From NCBI GenBank assembly GCA_964455985.1, contig CAYWDY010000001.1, positions 6,889-35,432 of the forward strand: a stretch of 28,544 nucleotides of DNA, written 5' to 3'. This document shows, piece after piece, positions 7,285 to 16,007 of this stretch (the first letter of the stretch is position 1; each line of letters opens with the position of its first letter). Origin of the DNA: an uncultured Flavobacteriales bacterium (lineage in GTDB: Bacteria; Bacteroidota; Bacteroidia; AKYH767-A; 2013-40CM-41-45). Position numbers and translations under genes: made by a program. The notes under the pieces are model-generated. The model was not told the DNA's origin. It was given only the letters and a program-made list of their open reading frames with translations, and did no database searches.

Positions 7285-8070
7285 ATGAATCTGGACTTAC
7301 GCGGCAAACGGGCCATCGTGTGCGGTAGCACACAAGGCATTGGAAAGGCCGTGGCCCTTGAACTTGCCCTGTTAGGTGCATCCGTCACACTGATCGCCCG
7401 AAACGAAGAAGCACTACGTTCCACCCGCAGTGAACTATCATCCCTCTTCCAGCAACAGCATGAATACCTGGTAGCGGATTTCTCCCAGCCCAACCTGCTG
7501 CGCCAGGTTATCAGTAATTACTTGCAGGGCAAACCGGCTCATATCCTGGTGAATAATACCGGTGGTCCTCCTTCCGGACCCATCACCGAAGCCGAGGAAT
7601 TGTCTTTCACCTCCGCATTTGAACAGCATCTGATCTGTAATCAGATCTTGGCGAAAGCCGTTTTGCCCGGCATGAAAGAGGCGAGATACGGCCGTATCAT
7701 CAACATCATTTCGACCTCGGTCAAGCAACCGTTGAAAGGGCTTGGTGTATCCAATACGATTCGTTCAGCCGTTGCCAATTGGGCCAAAACGTGGTCACTC
7801 GAAGTGGCGCCTTACGGCATCACGGTGAATAATGTACTGCCTGGAGCCACCAACACGATCCGACTTCAATCGCTGATGGAGAACAAATCCACTAAAACGA
7901 AAAAACCCTTAGAGGCTATCCGACAGGAAATGTTGGAAGAAATTCCGATGAGCCGTTTTGCCGAGCCGAACGAAGTTGCGAATGCCGTTGCGTTCCTGGC
8001 TTCGCCTGCTGCCGCTTACATCACGGGCATCAACTTGCCTGTAGACGGCGGGCGTACTGGAAATCTGTAA
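7285..8070 (+). CDS. SDR-family NAD(P)-dependent oxidoreductase
   Basis: CGSTQGIG Rossmann motif, LVNNTGGP, GRIINIIS, SNTIRSA (catalytic YxxxK replaced by SxxxR), GITVNNVLPG and YITGINLPVDGG. Confidence 0.9.
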   Translation: MNLDLRGKRAIVCGSTQGIGKAVALELALLGASVTLIARNEEALRSTRSELSSLFQQQHEYLVADFSQPNLLRQVISNYLQGKPAHILVNNTGGPPSGPITEAEELSFTSAFEQHLICNQILAKAVLPGMKEARYGRIINIISTSVKQPLKGLGVSNTIRSAVANWAKTWSLEVAPYGITVNNVLPGATNTIRLQSLMENKSTKTKKPLEAIRQEMLEEIPMSRFAEPNEVANAVAFLASPAAAYITGINLPVDGGRTGNL

Positions 8071-8073
8071 GCC

Positions 8074-8385
8074 TTAGAAAATTTTGTAGATGGTGCCGAT
8101 AAGTTGCTCTTCCTTCTCACGGTAAGCGGGCGTATCGACTTCTTTCCCGTTTTTCAAAACAGTAAGTTCAATGCGGGTGACCCCTTCCGATACGCGGTGA
8201 ATCTTCAGGTCCAGCCCTTCGGAAATTCGCATGGGAAGGAACCCGGTTTTCTTGGCCTTGAATTGAAAAACACCTTCCTGATGATCCAACAATTGACTGA
8301 CCAGCTTGAACTTCTTGCGTTCGAACAATCGGTTGATCCGTTCCAAAACCTCGCGGTCGTTTCGGTGCAATAGGGCGGATCTCAT
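8074..8385 (-). CDS. Hypothetical protein (~103 aa, alpha/beta)
   Basis: Start revised to ATG 8385, because the longer GTG start overlaps a promoter-like TTTG-N19-TATATTGG (8404-8434). No recognisable family. Confidence 0.6.
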   Translation of the reverse strand: MRSALLHRNDREVLERINRLFERKKFKLVSQLLDHQEGVFQFKAKKTGFLPMRISEGLDLKIHRVSEGVTRIELTVLKNGKEVDTPAYREKEEQLIGTIYKIF

Positions 8386-8403
8386 GGGGTGTGGGAATGA
8401 AAC

Positions 8404-8434
8404 CCAATATAGCACATTTCTACGTTATTCCAAA
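8404..8434 (-). promoter_or_regulatory. Putative Bacteroidota promoter for 8074..8385
   Basis: Minus strand TTTG-N19-TATATTGG (one mismatch to TAnnTTTG). Confidence 0.45.
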
Positions 8435-8529
8435 TAGTACCTTAGCCGATCCATTGGATGCTTACCGGTAATTCCCCCTAAAAAGAACCATTAACAGTCT
8501 TTTTTCCAAAATTGAAAGCAGGAAAATCC

Positions 8530-9972
8530 ATGATATTCTTAAAAAATCTAATAAATGGCGACTTGGTAGTGCCGGAAAGCGGAGCTTACCTGGACTCCAT
8601 AAACCCCGCGACTGGCGAGGCCTATGCCAAGATTCCGGATTCCGATGAACGCGATGTAGAACGAGCCGTGGCAGCCGCCCGGACAGCCTTCCCCGGATGG
8701 TCAACGATGGCCAAAGAAAAAAGAAGCGCCCTGTTGATGAAGCTCTCCGCCTTAATCGAGCGCGATCTGGATAAATTGGCTTTAGCGGAAACAAACGATC
8801 AAGGGAAACCACTGTGGCTTTCCAAGAGTGTCGATATTCCACGCGCCGTATCCAATTTGCATTTCTATGCCACAGCAGCGCTGCACAACCACACGGCAGC
8901 CCATGCGATGGAACAGACCGCTGTCAATTATACGCTGCGCACTCCTGTAGGCATCGCCGGCTGCATTTCTCCTTGGAATCTCCCACTCTATCTTTTTACC
9001 TGGAAAATAGCTCCAGCACTCGCTGCCGGATGCACGGTAGTAGCCAAGCCTTCAGAGATTACGCCGATGACTGCTTACCTGTTGGGAGAACTGTCCATCG
9101 AAGCAGGACTTCCTCCCGGCGTCTTGAATATCGTTCACGGACTGGGTCCCAAAGTCGGTATGAGTATCGTTTCTCATCCGGATATTCCCGCCATCTCCTT
9201 CACCGGAGGAACAAAGACCGGTGAAACGATTGCCCGTACAGCCGCTCCACTTTTCAAGAAACTGTCGTTGGAATTAGGCGGCAAGAATCCAACCATCATC
9301 TTCAACGATTGTGATTTCGATAAAACCGTTCAGACGGCTGTGCGTTCCGCCTTCTCCAACCAAGGAGAAATTTGCCTCTGCGGCTCACGTCTGCTGATCG
9401 AAAGACCATTGTACGAGAAGTTCAAAGTAGCCTTCGTGAATGAAGTGAAAAAACTGAAGGTGGGTGACCCGCTTGACGAAAAGAGCTGGCTGGGTGCTAT
9501 CGCCTCCAAGCAGCATCACGAAAAAATAATCTCCTACATCGAGTTGGCCAAACAAGAGGGCGGAACATTACTGACCGGAGGAAATGCCGTTCATCCCGAA
9601 GGCCGTTGCTCCAACGGTTATTTCATCGAACCCACCGTCTTTGAAGGGCTGCCCTACGACTGTCGCACCAACCAAGAGGAAATTTTCGGCCCGGTCGTGA
9701 CACTGATGCCGTTTGATTCGGAAGAAGAGGCCCTGATGATGGCCAATTCTACCCGCTACGGACTCGCTTGTTCGCTCTGGACTTCCGATCTGAGTCGCAC
9801 CCACCGGATGGCATCCCGGTTGGAATTCGGTATTGTTTGGGTGAACTGCTGGTTGCTTCGCGACCTGCGTACGCCTTTCGGGGGAATGAAAGGAAGCGGT
9901 GTTGGTCGGGAAGGCGGGTTTGAAGCACTCGACTTCTTCACCGAAGAACGTAATGTTTGCATCCGTTATTAA
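8530..9972 (+). CDS. Aldehyde dehydrogenase, 2-aminomuconate/2-hydroxymuconate-6-semialdehyde dehydrogenase type (ALDH8A1/NbaE-like)
   Basis: Start revised from TTG 8512 to ATG 8530. ISPWNLPLYL, FTGGT, LELGGKNP (catalytic Glu), NQGEICLCGSR (catalytic Cys), EEIFGPV and WLLRDLRTPFGGMK.SGVGREGG; adjacent to 3-HAO/ACMSD. Confidence 0.9.
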   Translation: MIFLKNLINGDLVVPESGAYLDSINPATGEAYAKIPDSDERDVERAVAAARTAFPGWSTMAKEKRSALLMKLSALIERDLDKLALAETNDQGKPLWLSKSVDIPRAVSNLHFYATAALHNHTAAHAMEQTAVNYTLRTPVGIAGCISPWNLPLYLFTWKIAPALAAGCTVVAKPSEITPMTAYLLGELSIEAGLPPGVLNIVHGLGPKVGMSIVSHPDIPAISFTGGTKTGETIARTAAPLFKKLSLELGGKNPTIIFNDCDFDKTVQTAVRSAFSNQGEICLCGSRLLIERPLYEKFKVAFVNEVKKLKVGDPLDEKSWLGAIASKQHHEKIISYIELAKQEGGTLLTGGNAVHPEGRCSNGYFIEPTVFEGLPYDCRTNQEEIFGPVVTLMPFDSEEEALMMANSTRYGLACSLWTSDLSRTHRMASRLEFGIVWVNCWLLRDLRTPFGGMKGSGVGREGGFEALDFFTEERNVCIRY

Positions 9973-10140
9973 TCCTTTCTGGTCATTTCCAAGGGTCTGT
10001 CTTTGTTTTTAATGATTAATCGCCTTTGCCTTCGTGTAAGGAACGGACGTACTATGCCTGTGTATAGCGTAATAACAGGGTAACTTTTAACAGCTTCACG
10101 GGTAGAATCGAGGACAAATTGTTCCCAACGGCTTCTTCCC

Positions 10141-10875
10141 ATGAAACACCTCCGTCTTCTCCTTCTCAGTTTGTTGATGGCCGGCGCAGCCTCGGCTCAG
10201 TCTTCCCGCAAGGGATTTGAGCCCGTCGATTATTCGGCATATACCCAATCGGCTTGGAACAATATCCTTTCTTGGCAATCTAAATCCAAGAACGATGTAC
10301 GCATGATACCGGCGGATACTACCAGAGCCGCCTTCACCCTTTTCCGTGGACATTATGATTTGACATCCAACCTGGCTGCCTTTGTATATCACAGCGGCGG
10401 AATGATGGTCGATAACGGATGGCTGAGAGTCCTCGGTTCAGGCAGTAAAGACTTCAACCGGGGTATTTTCGAGTGGAATAAAGATAAATACGTGTGGGGG
10501 CCTGACAGTATCGCTTACCTGATGATCGCTGATGATGTAGTAGGCGGCTTCTTCGCTCTCTTCATGACTCCGCACACGGACCTGGACGATGCCTTCGTGT
10601 ATTACCAAGGTCCGAATGATCGCAAGTGGGTTTCTACCGGTTTGGATTATGCCGGATTCCTCAAGTTCTGTTTCTTCGGCGAAATCAAGATGTTCTACAA
10701 CAACTACCGCTGGGAAGGCTGGACGGAGGAAATACACCTGATCAACAGCAACCAGACCATCAGTTGTTATCCGCAATACTGGCGCGAAGGTGCGCGTGAC
10801 ACCAAGCTCAAGCGCCGTGTCATCCCGATCCAACGGCTGTGGGAATTATATAACCCGGCCATTAAAGAACTCTAA
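10141..10875 (+). CDS. DUF2625-family exported protein
   Basis: Signal peptide (AASA-Q); VDNGWLRVLGSG, LMIADDVVGGFFAL and GLDYAGFL..C...FY..YRWEGW motifs recalled for DUF2625. Confidence 0.75.
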   Translation: MKHLRLLLLSLLMAGAASAQSSRKGFEPVDYSAYTQSAWNNILSWQSKSKNDVRMIPADTTRAAFTLFRGHYDLTSNLAAFVYHSGGMMVDNGWLRVLGSGSKDFNRGIFEWNKDKYVWGPDSIAYLMIADDVVGGFFALFMTPHTDLDDAFVYYQGPNDRKWVSTGLDYAGFLKFCFFGEIKMFYNNYRWEGWTEEIHLINSNQTISCYPQYWREGARDTKLKRRVIPIQRLWELYNPAIKEL

Positions 10876-10908
10876 GGTTCTGTATCTTTAGGAAGGATAA
10901 TTCCTTCC

Positions 10909-11508
10909 GTGAATCAATCTACTGCTCCTCTTTACGGTCTTGTGCTCGCCGGTGGTGAAAGCCGTCGCATGGGCAAGGACAAGGGTTTGATTCAATACTA
11001 CGATTTCCCCCAACGCGAATGGGCAGCCAAGCTGCTCCTCCCCTTCTGTCAACAGGTTTTTATTTCGGTACATGAACAGGGCGTAGAATCCGGATTCCCT
11101 TTACTGCAAGACGATAGCTCATACGGGCGGATCGGACCCATGGCTGCGCTTCACCGCGCAATGACCAGTCACCCCGAGGCGGCTTGGATGGTTACCGCCT
11201 GCGATCAACCTTTTCTTACGGCAGAATTATTCCGAAAATTGACCGAGCATCGAAATCAGGAACATGACATAATCTGTTTCCGGACAACGGATCCTGACAT
11301 TATAAATCCTTTTCCTGCTATCTATGAACCCGTAATTCGAGAAAACGTCGAGCATGCCATGAAGGCCTCGTCGTATTCCTTGATCGAAATGATCCGAAGC
11401 GCCAAGGCTTTGTACCTCTTTATCGAGGATCCGATTGAGCTAAGAAGCATCGACAATTTCGAAGAATCGGAAATCCTCTTGCAGCAGCTGCGAAAAAACA
11501 GGCGCTGA
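10909..11508 (+). CDS. mobA: Molybdenum cofactor guanylyltransferase (MobA-like NTP transferase)
   Basis: GLVLAGGESRRMGKDK, GPMA.L..A and VTACDQPFL motifs; directly upstream of fdhD and a bis-MGD enzyme; GTG start. Confidence 0.85.
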   Translation: MNQSTAPLYGLVLAGGESRRMGKDKGLIQYYDFPQREWAAKLLLPFCQQVFISVHEQGVESGFPLLQDDSSYGRIGPMAALHRAMTSHPEAAWMVTACDQPFLTAELFRKLTEHRNQEHDIICFRTTDPDIINPFPAIYEPVIRENVEHAMKASSYSLIEMIRSAKALYLFIEDPIELRSIDNFEESEILLQQLRKNRR

Positions 11509-11541
11509 TTCCGTACTAACCAGTAACTTTACAGGAGCTCC

Positions 11542-12390
11542 ATGGCTGCTTCTGTTTATCCCATACAAACCCGACGTTACGTCCATGCACGTTGGGAAAC
11601 CGCTCCCGACCTGTTGGCGGAAGAGGAGCCGTTGGAAATCCGTATTGAATATGGGCCGCTGAACGACCGACGAAACAAAAGCCTCGCCGTCACCATGCGC
11701 ACACCCGGCCATGATTTCGAGCTTGCGCTGGGATTTCTGTATTCTGAAGGACTGATACGCACGCCCGCTGATATTCATTCCATCCGATATTGTTCCGATA
11801 CTCGGACCGAAGAAGAAAAAGAAAATATTGTCCGCGTATTCCTCGCTCCTGAATGTGAGGTGAATCTCTCCTCGACGGAACGGAATTTCTACATGACATC
11901 CAGCTGCGGTTTATGCGGAAAAGCCAGCCTGGAGGCATTGCAAAAACAATGTCCCGAAACTCCATTTCCGGAAAATGATTGGCATGTTTCTCCGGAATGG
12001 CTTACCACCTTGCCGGAATCGGCTCGCCAAGCCCAGTCCGTCTTCGATCATACCGGTGGACTTCATGCTTGTGCCCTCTTTCAACCGGAAGGAAAACTGA
12101 TCCTGATCCGTGAAGACATCGGTCGGCACAATGCGCTGGACAAGATCATCGGAGCCTCCTTTATGTCTCCGGATATAGACCTGAAGCGCAGTGTCCTTTT
12201 CCTCAGCGGCAGAGCCGGATTCGAACTGATACAGAAAGCCGCCATGACAGGAATCCGGTTTGTCGCAGCGGTTGGAGCACCATCCTCGTTGGCAGCCCGC
12301 CTTGCCCAAGCTATGGGTATCACTCTGGTCGGTTTTTTACGCGACCAACGATTCAATATCTATTCCGGAGAGAGCCGAATATCATCATGA
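11542..12390 (+). CDS. fdhD: Formate dehydrogenase accessory sulfurtransferase
   Basis: EEPLEIR, TMRTPGHDFELALGFL.SEG, SSCGLCGK, TGGLHA, REDIGRHNALDK.IG, SGRAGFEL.QKA and AVGAPSSLA. Confidence 0.96.
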   Translation: MAASVYPIQTRRYVHARWETAPDLLAEEEPLEIRIEYGPLNDRRNKSLAVTMRTPGHDFELALGFLYSEGLIRTPADIHSIRYCSDTRTEEEKENIVRVFLAPECEVNLSSTERNFYMTSSCGLCGKASLEALQKQCPETPFPENDWHVSPEWLTTLPESARQAQSVFDHTGGLHACALFQPEGKLILIREDIGRHNALDKIIGASFMSPDIDLKRSVLFLSGRAGFELIQKAAMTGIRFVAAVGAPSSLAARLAQAMGITLVGFLRDQRFNIYSGESRISS

Positions 12391-14693
12391 GCGACCACCA
12401 CCAAAAACCGAACGCCGAAAACCCGGAGACGTTTACGGGTCTTAAGATCGGTACCCCAAAAGAGGCGGCTGCCGGAATTCCCGGCGTAGTCGCTGCGGTA
12501 GAACATGTATTCCGTGAAATGAGCGTAGGCCGAGGGGTGAAAGCGCTTTTGAAGTTAAATCAAAAAGACGGCTACGATTGTCCGGGATGCGCTTGGCCCG
12601 ATCCGGATGATGACCGCTCCACGTTGGCAGAGTATTGCGAGAACGGTGCTAAAGCCATTGCAGAAGAAGCTACTTCCAAACGGCTCGACAGAGAATTTTT
12701 CGCTCGGCATAGTGTCGCCGAACTGGCAGAGCTGAGCGACTACGAGATCGGTAAAAAGGGACGTATCGCCGAGCCGATGTATCTGCCCAAAGGCAGTTCG
12801 CACTACCAACCGATATCGTGGGATGATGCTTTCCAGAAAATCGCCCATTCGCTGAACGCATTGGCAAGTCCGGATGAAGCCATCTTCTACACCTCGGGCA
12901 GGACCAGCAACGAAGCCGCCTTTCTTTACCAGCTACTCGTACGTCAGTTCGGCACCAACAACCTGCCGGATTGCTCCAACATGTGTCATGAGTCGAGCGG
13001 TACGGCCTTGAACGAGATGATGGGTATCGGGAAAGGATCTGTCACGCTTGAAGATTTCTACCAAGCAGAAGCCATCATCATCTTAGGACAAAATCCAGGT
13101 ACTAATCATCCGCGTATGCTTAGCGCCTTGAAGAAGGCGAAAGAGAATGGTGCGGTTATCCTTTCTGTGAATCCGTTACCGGAGACAGGACTCATGGGAT
13201 TCTTGGATCCGCAGTCTGCCAAAGGGATCTTGGGGATAAAAGCACGACTCACCGATCTCTTCTTGCAGGTTAAGATCAACGGTGACATGGCTCTTCTCAA
13301 AGCCATCAACCGCACGTTGCTGGAAGAAGATGAAAAACAACCCGGCACTGTTCTGGACCGGGAATTCCTTGAAAAACGTACGCAAGATTTTGACGCCTAC
13401 CGCGACCATTTGAAAGCACTGGACCTGCCCACCTTACTGGCACAGTCCGGTATACCGGAGGAAAAATTCCGAACGGCTGTCGAACTGTTGCGCAACCGGA
13501 AGAAAATCATCGCCTGCTGGGCCATGGGTCTGACGCAACACAAGAACGCCGTTGACACGATCAAGGAAGTGGTCAACTTGCTCTTGCTCAAAGGCAGTAT
13601 CGGTAAACCGGGAGCTGGGACATGTCCGGTGCGTGGACACAGCAACGTTCAAGGTGATCGCACTATGGGCATCTACGAAAAACCGACTCCTGCTTTTCTG
13701 GATCGTCTGGAAAGAACCATGGGATTCACGGTGCCACGCAAATATGGCTACGATACCGTGGAAGCGATACACGCGATGCATAGCGGCAAAGCACGTGTCT
13801 TTATCGCGATGGGCGGTAATTTTCTCTCTGCCACACCGGATACCCGTTACACGGCGGAAGCACTGCAGAATTGTTCACTGACCGTACAAGTGTCAACCAA
13901 GCTGAACCGCAGCCATCTTATAACCGGAGAAGAGGCGCTGATTCTGCCGACTTACGGACGAAGTGATAAGGATGAGATCGACGGCGAAATACAATTCGTG
14001 AGTTGCGAGAATTCCATGGGTGTCGTCCAGTGGTCTAAAGGCAGCCTGAATCCAGTCTCGACCTACCTACTCAGCGAGCCTGTCATCGTCGCTCGACTGG
14101 CCACGGCCCTCTTTGGAGATGCGTCATCGATCGACTGGAAAAAATACCAGAGACATTATGATCGCATCCGGGATGATATTGAAAAAGCGATTCCCGGATT
14201 CGAAGACTACAACCGTCGTGTGCGTGAACCGGGAGGATTTTATTTACCCAACTCGGCTCGTGACGGGCGATTCAATACGTCTAGCGGAAGCATACGATTC
14301 CATATCGCACCGCTTAGCCAAGCGGAATTGCAGGATGGAGAGTACATGATGATGACCATCCGTAGCCACGACCAATTCAATACGACCATCTACGGACTCA
14401 ACGACCGTTACCGCGGTGTACTGAACGAACGACGTGTCATTTTCATGAATGAGAACGATGTGATTCGTGAAGGCCTAAAGCAGGGCGATCTGGTGGATCT
14501 GTTCAATCATCACGAGAATCGGGAACGGGTGGCACACCGTTTCATCGTCATCCCCTACAGCATTCCTGAACGTTGTACGGCTACTTATTTTCCGGAAACG
14601 AATGTGCTCGTGCCGATCAACAGCGTAGCGGAAAAAAGCAACACCCCCACCTCTAAATCGGTAGCCATTCGGATTCGTAAGTCTGCGGATTAA
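12387..14693 (+). CDS. FdhF/YdeP-family molybdopterin oxidoreductase
   Basis: NQKDGYDCPGCAWPD, EYCENGAKA, FYTSGRTSNEAAFLYQL, TNNLPDCSNMCHE, PVRGHSNVQGDRTMG and TIRSHDQFNTTIYG; ATGA overlap with fdhD. Confidence 0.93.
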   Translation: MSDHHQKPNAENPETFTGLKIGTPKEAAAGIPGVVAAVEHVFREMSVGRGVKALLKLNQKDGYDCPGCAWPDPDDDRSTLAEYCENGAKAIAEEATSKRLDREFFARHSVAELAELSDYEIGKKGRIAEPMYLPKGSSHYQPISWDDAFQKIAHSLNALASPDEAIFYTSGRTSNEAAFLYQLLVRQFGTNNLPDCSNMCHESSGTALNEMMGIGKGSVTLEDFYQAEAIIILGQNPGTNHPRMLSALKKAKENGAVILSVNPLPETGLMGFLDPQSAKGILGIKARLTDLFLQVKINGDMALLKAINRTLLEEDEKQPGTVLDREFLEKRTQDFDAYRDHLKALDLPTLLAQSGIPEEKFRTAVELLRNRKKIIACWAMGLTQHKNAVDTIKEVVNLLLLKGSIGKPGAGTCPVRGHSNVQGDRTMGIYEKPTPAFLDRLERTMGFTVPRKYGYDTVEAIHAMHSGKARVFIAMGGNFLSATPDTRYTAEALQNCSLTVQVSTKLNRSHLITGEEALILPTYGRSDKDEIDGEIQFVSCENSMGVVQWSKGSLNPVSTYLLSEPVIVARLATALFGDASSIDWKKYQRHYDRIRDDIEKAIPGFEDYNRRVREPGGFYLPNSARDGRFNTSSGSIRFHIAPLSQAELQDGEYMMMTIRSHDQFNTTIYGLNDRYRGVLNERRVIFMNENDVIREGLKQGDLVDLFNHHENRERVAHRFIVIPYSIPERCTATYFPETNVLVPINSVAEKSNTPTSKSVAIRIRKSAD

Positions 14694-14710
14694 CCCTCAG
14701 TGACTTCTAC

Positions 14711-15919
14711 TCACTTCTTCTTTTTGCGGAATGGTCGCCGTTGAGGCTTGGATGATTCCGGCCTGCGTTCGGGTTGATAGCTGGGACACGGTCCCAGATT
14801 TTCGGGTACGACTCCTTTGGGAATCTCCCGCTCGATGAGTTTCTCGATGGTATGGAATCTGCGCTGGTCGTCCGGCCCTATGAAGGTGATGGCCTCGCCG
14901 GTGGTCTCCGCGCGAGCGGTACGACCAACACGATGCACGTAATCCTCGGCGTCTCCCGGAATATCGTAGTTGAGAACAAGTCCGATGTTATCGATGTCTA
15001 TCCCTCGGGAAAGAATATCGGTCGCCACCAGGATGCGGGTTTGTCGGGAACGAAAGGATAAGAGTACGGATTCACGTTCCTCTTGGGTAAGGTCGCTGTG
15101 AATGGCACGGACGGGAAATCCCTTCTTGCGGAGATCGCGTTCCAAATCCTTCACTGTGATTTTTCGCGAAGCGAATACCAGAATACTCGCATCGGTTCGT
15201 TGACGCAGGATCTGCTCCAGCAACGGGGGCTTCTGGGCATTATAAACCACATAAGCCGTTTGGGTGACGCCGGCAGCCGGTTTGCTGAGCGCGATATTTA
15301 TCTCCACCGGTTGGTTCATCATCCGCTTGGCGAGCTCGCGGATTTTAGGCGGCATCGTAGCGGAGAAAAGCAGGTTGCGGCGTTCTTTGGGCAAATAGCC
15401 GATGATCTTTACCAGGTCTTCGAAGAAGCCCATGTCGAGCATCTTGTCCGCTTCATCCAACACGAGGAAATCCAACTGATCGAATTTCACATAGCCCAGA
15501 TTCAAGTGACTGATCAGACGGCCGGGGGTGGCGATAATGACGCTGGCGCCTTCGGTCAACGCTCTCTTTTCTCGGTCGAACGTTTGGCCATCGCCTCCGC
15601 CATAGATGGCGATCGAACTGGCTCCCGTGAAATAAGAGAACCCCTGAAAGGCATGGTCGATCTGAAGCGCCAGTTCGCGCGTAGGAGATAGAATCAGCGC
15701 TGCGGTGTGTTCTATAGATTGTCTGGCAACATGATCCAGGAGCGGCAACAGGTAGGCAGCGGTCTTGCCAGTGCCGGTCTGCGCACAAGCAATGACGTCC
15801 TTCCCAGACAGTATGTGCGGAATAACTTGTTCCTGAATCGGTGTGGGGGATTCAAAACCCATCGAGTCCAAACCCTCCAACAAGGAGTCCTCTAGACCCA
15901 ATTCATGAAACGTCGTCAT
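14711..15919 (-). CDS. DEAD-box ATP-dependent RNA helicase
   Basis: Q motif GFESPTPIQ, AQTGTGKT, PTRELALQ, TPGRL, LDEAD, SAT, ATDILSRGID and HRVGRTARA; short basic tail. Confidence 0.96.
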   Translation of the reverse strand: MTTFHELGLEDSLLEGLDSMGFESPTPIQEQVIPHILSGKDVIACAQTGTGKTAAYLLPLLDHVARQSIEHTAALILSPTRELALQIDHAFQGFSYFTGASSIAIYGGGDGQTFDREKRALTEGASVIIATPGRLISHLNLGYVKFDQLDFLVLDEADKMLDMGFFEDLVKIIGYLPKERRNLLFSATMPPKIRELAKRMMNQPVEINIALSKPAAGVTQTAYVVYNAQKPPLLEQILRQRTDASILVFASRKITVKDLERDLRKKGFPVRAIHSDLTQEERESVLLSFRSRQTRILVATDILSRGIDIDNIGLVLNYDIPGDAEDYVHRVGRTARAETTGEAITFIGPDDQRRFHTIEKLIEREIPKGVVPENLGPCPSYQPERRPESSKPQRRPFRKKKK

Positions 15920-16007
15920 AATTTCTTTCTGAAAAAACAGTCGTGCAAATATCCGAAGAAAGGCCTTCGGAAAAGCCGTGTACCGATAACGTTATACACA
16001 CCAAGAA

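Noticed and set aside
12387-14693. Selenocysteine formate dehydrogenase
   Set aside because: No in-frame TGA; the active-site position is Cys (MCHE).
14774-15895. Several plus-strand ORFs resembling common 'hypothetical proteins'
   Set aside because: Typical antisense shadows of conserved DEAD-box helicase genes.
15952-15971. Hairpin TCCGAAG-N6-CTTCGGA as terminator of the phosphatase gene
   Set aside because: Real stem, but it lacks a convincing U-tract on the minus strand and overlaps a possible promoter (GATATTTG) of the helicase; too ambiguous to call.
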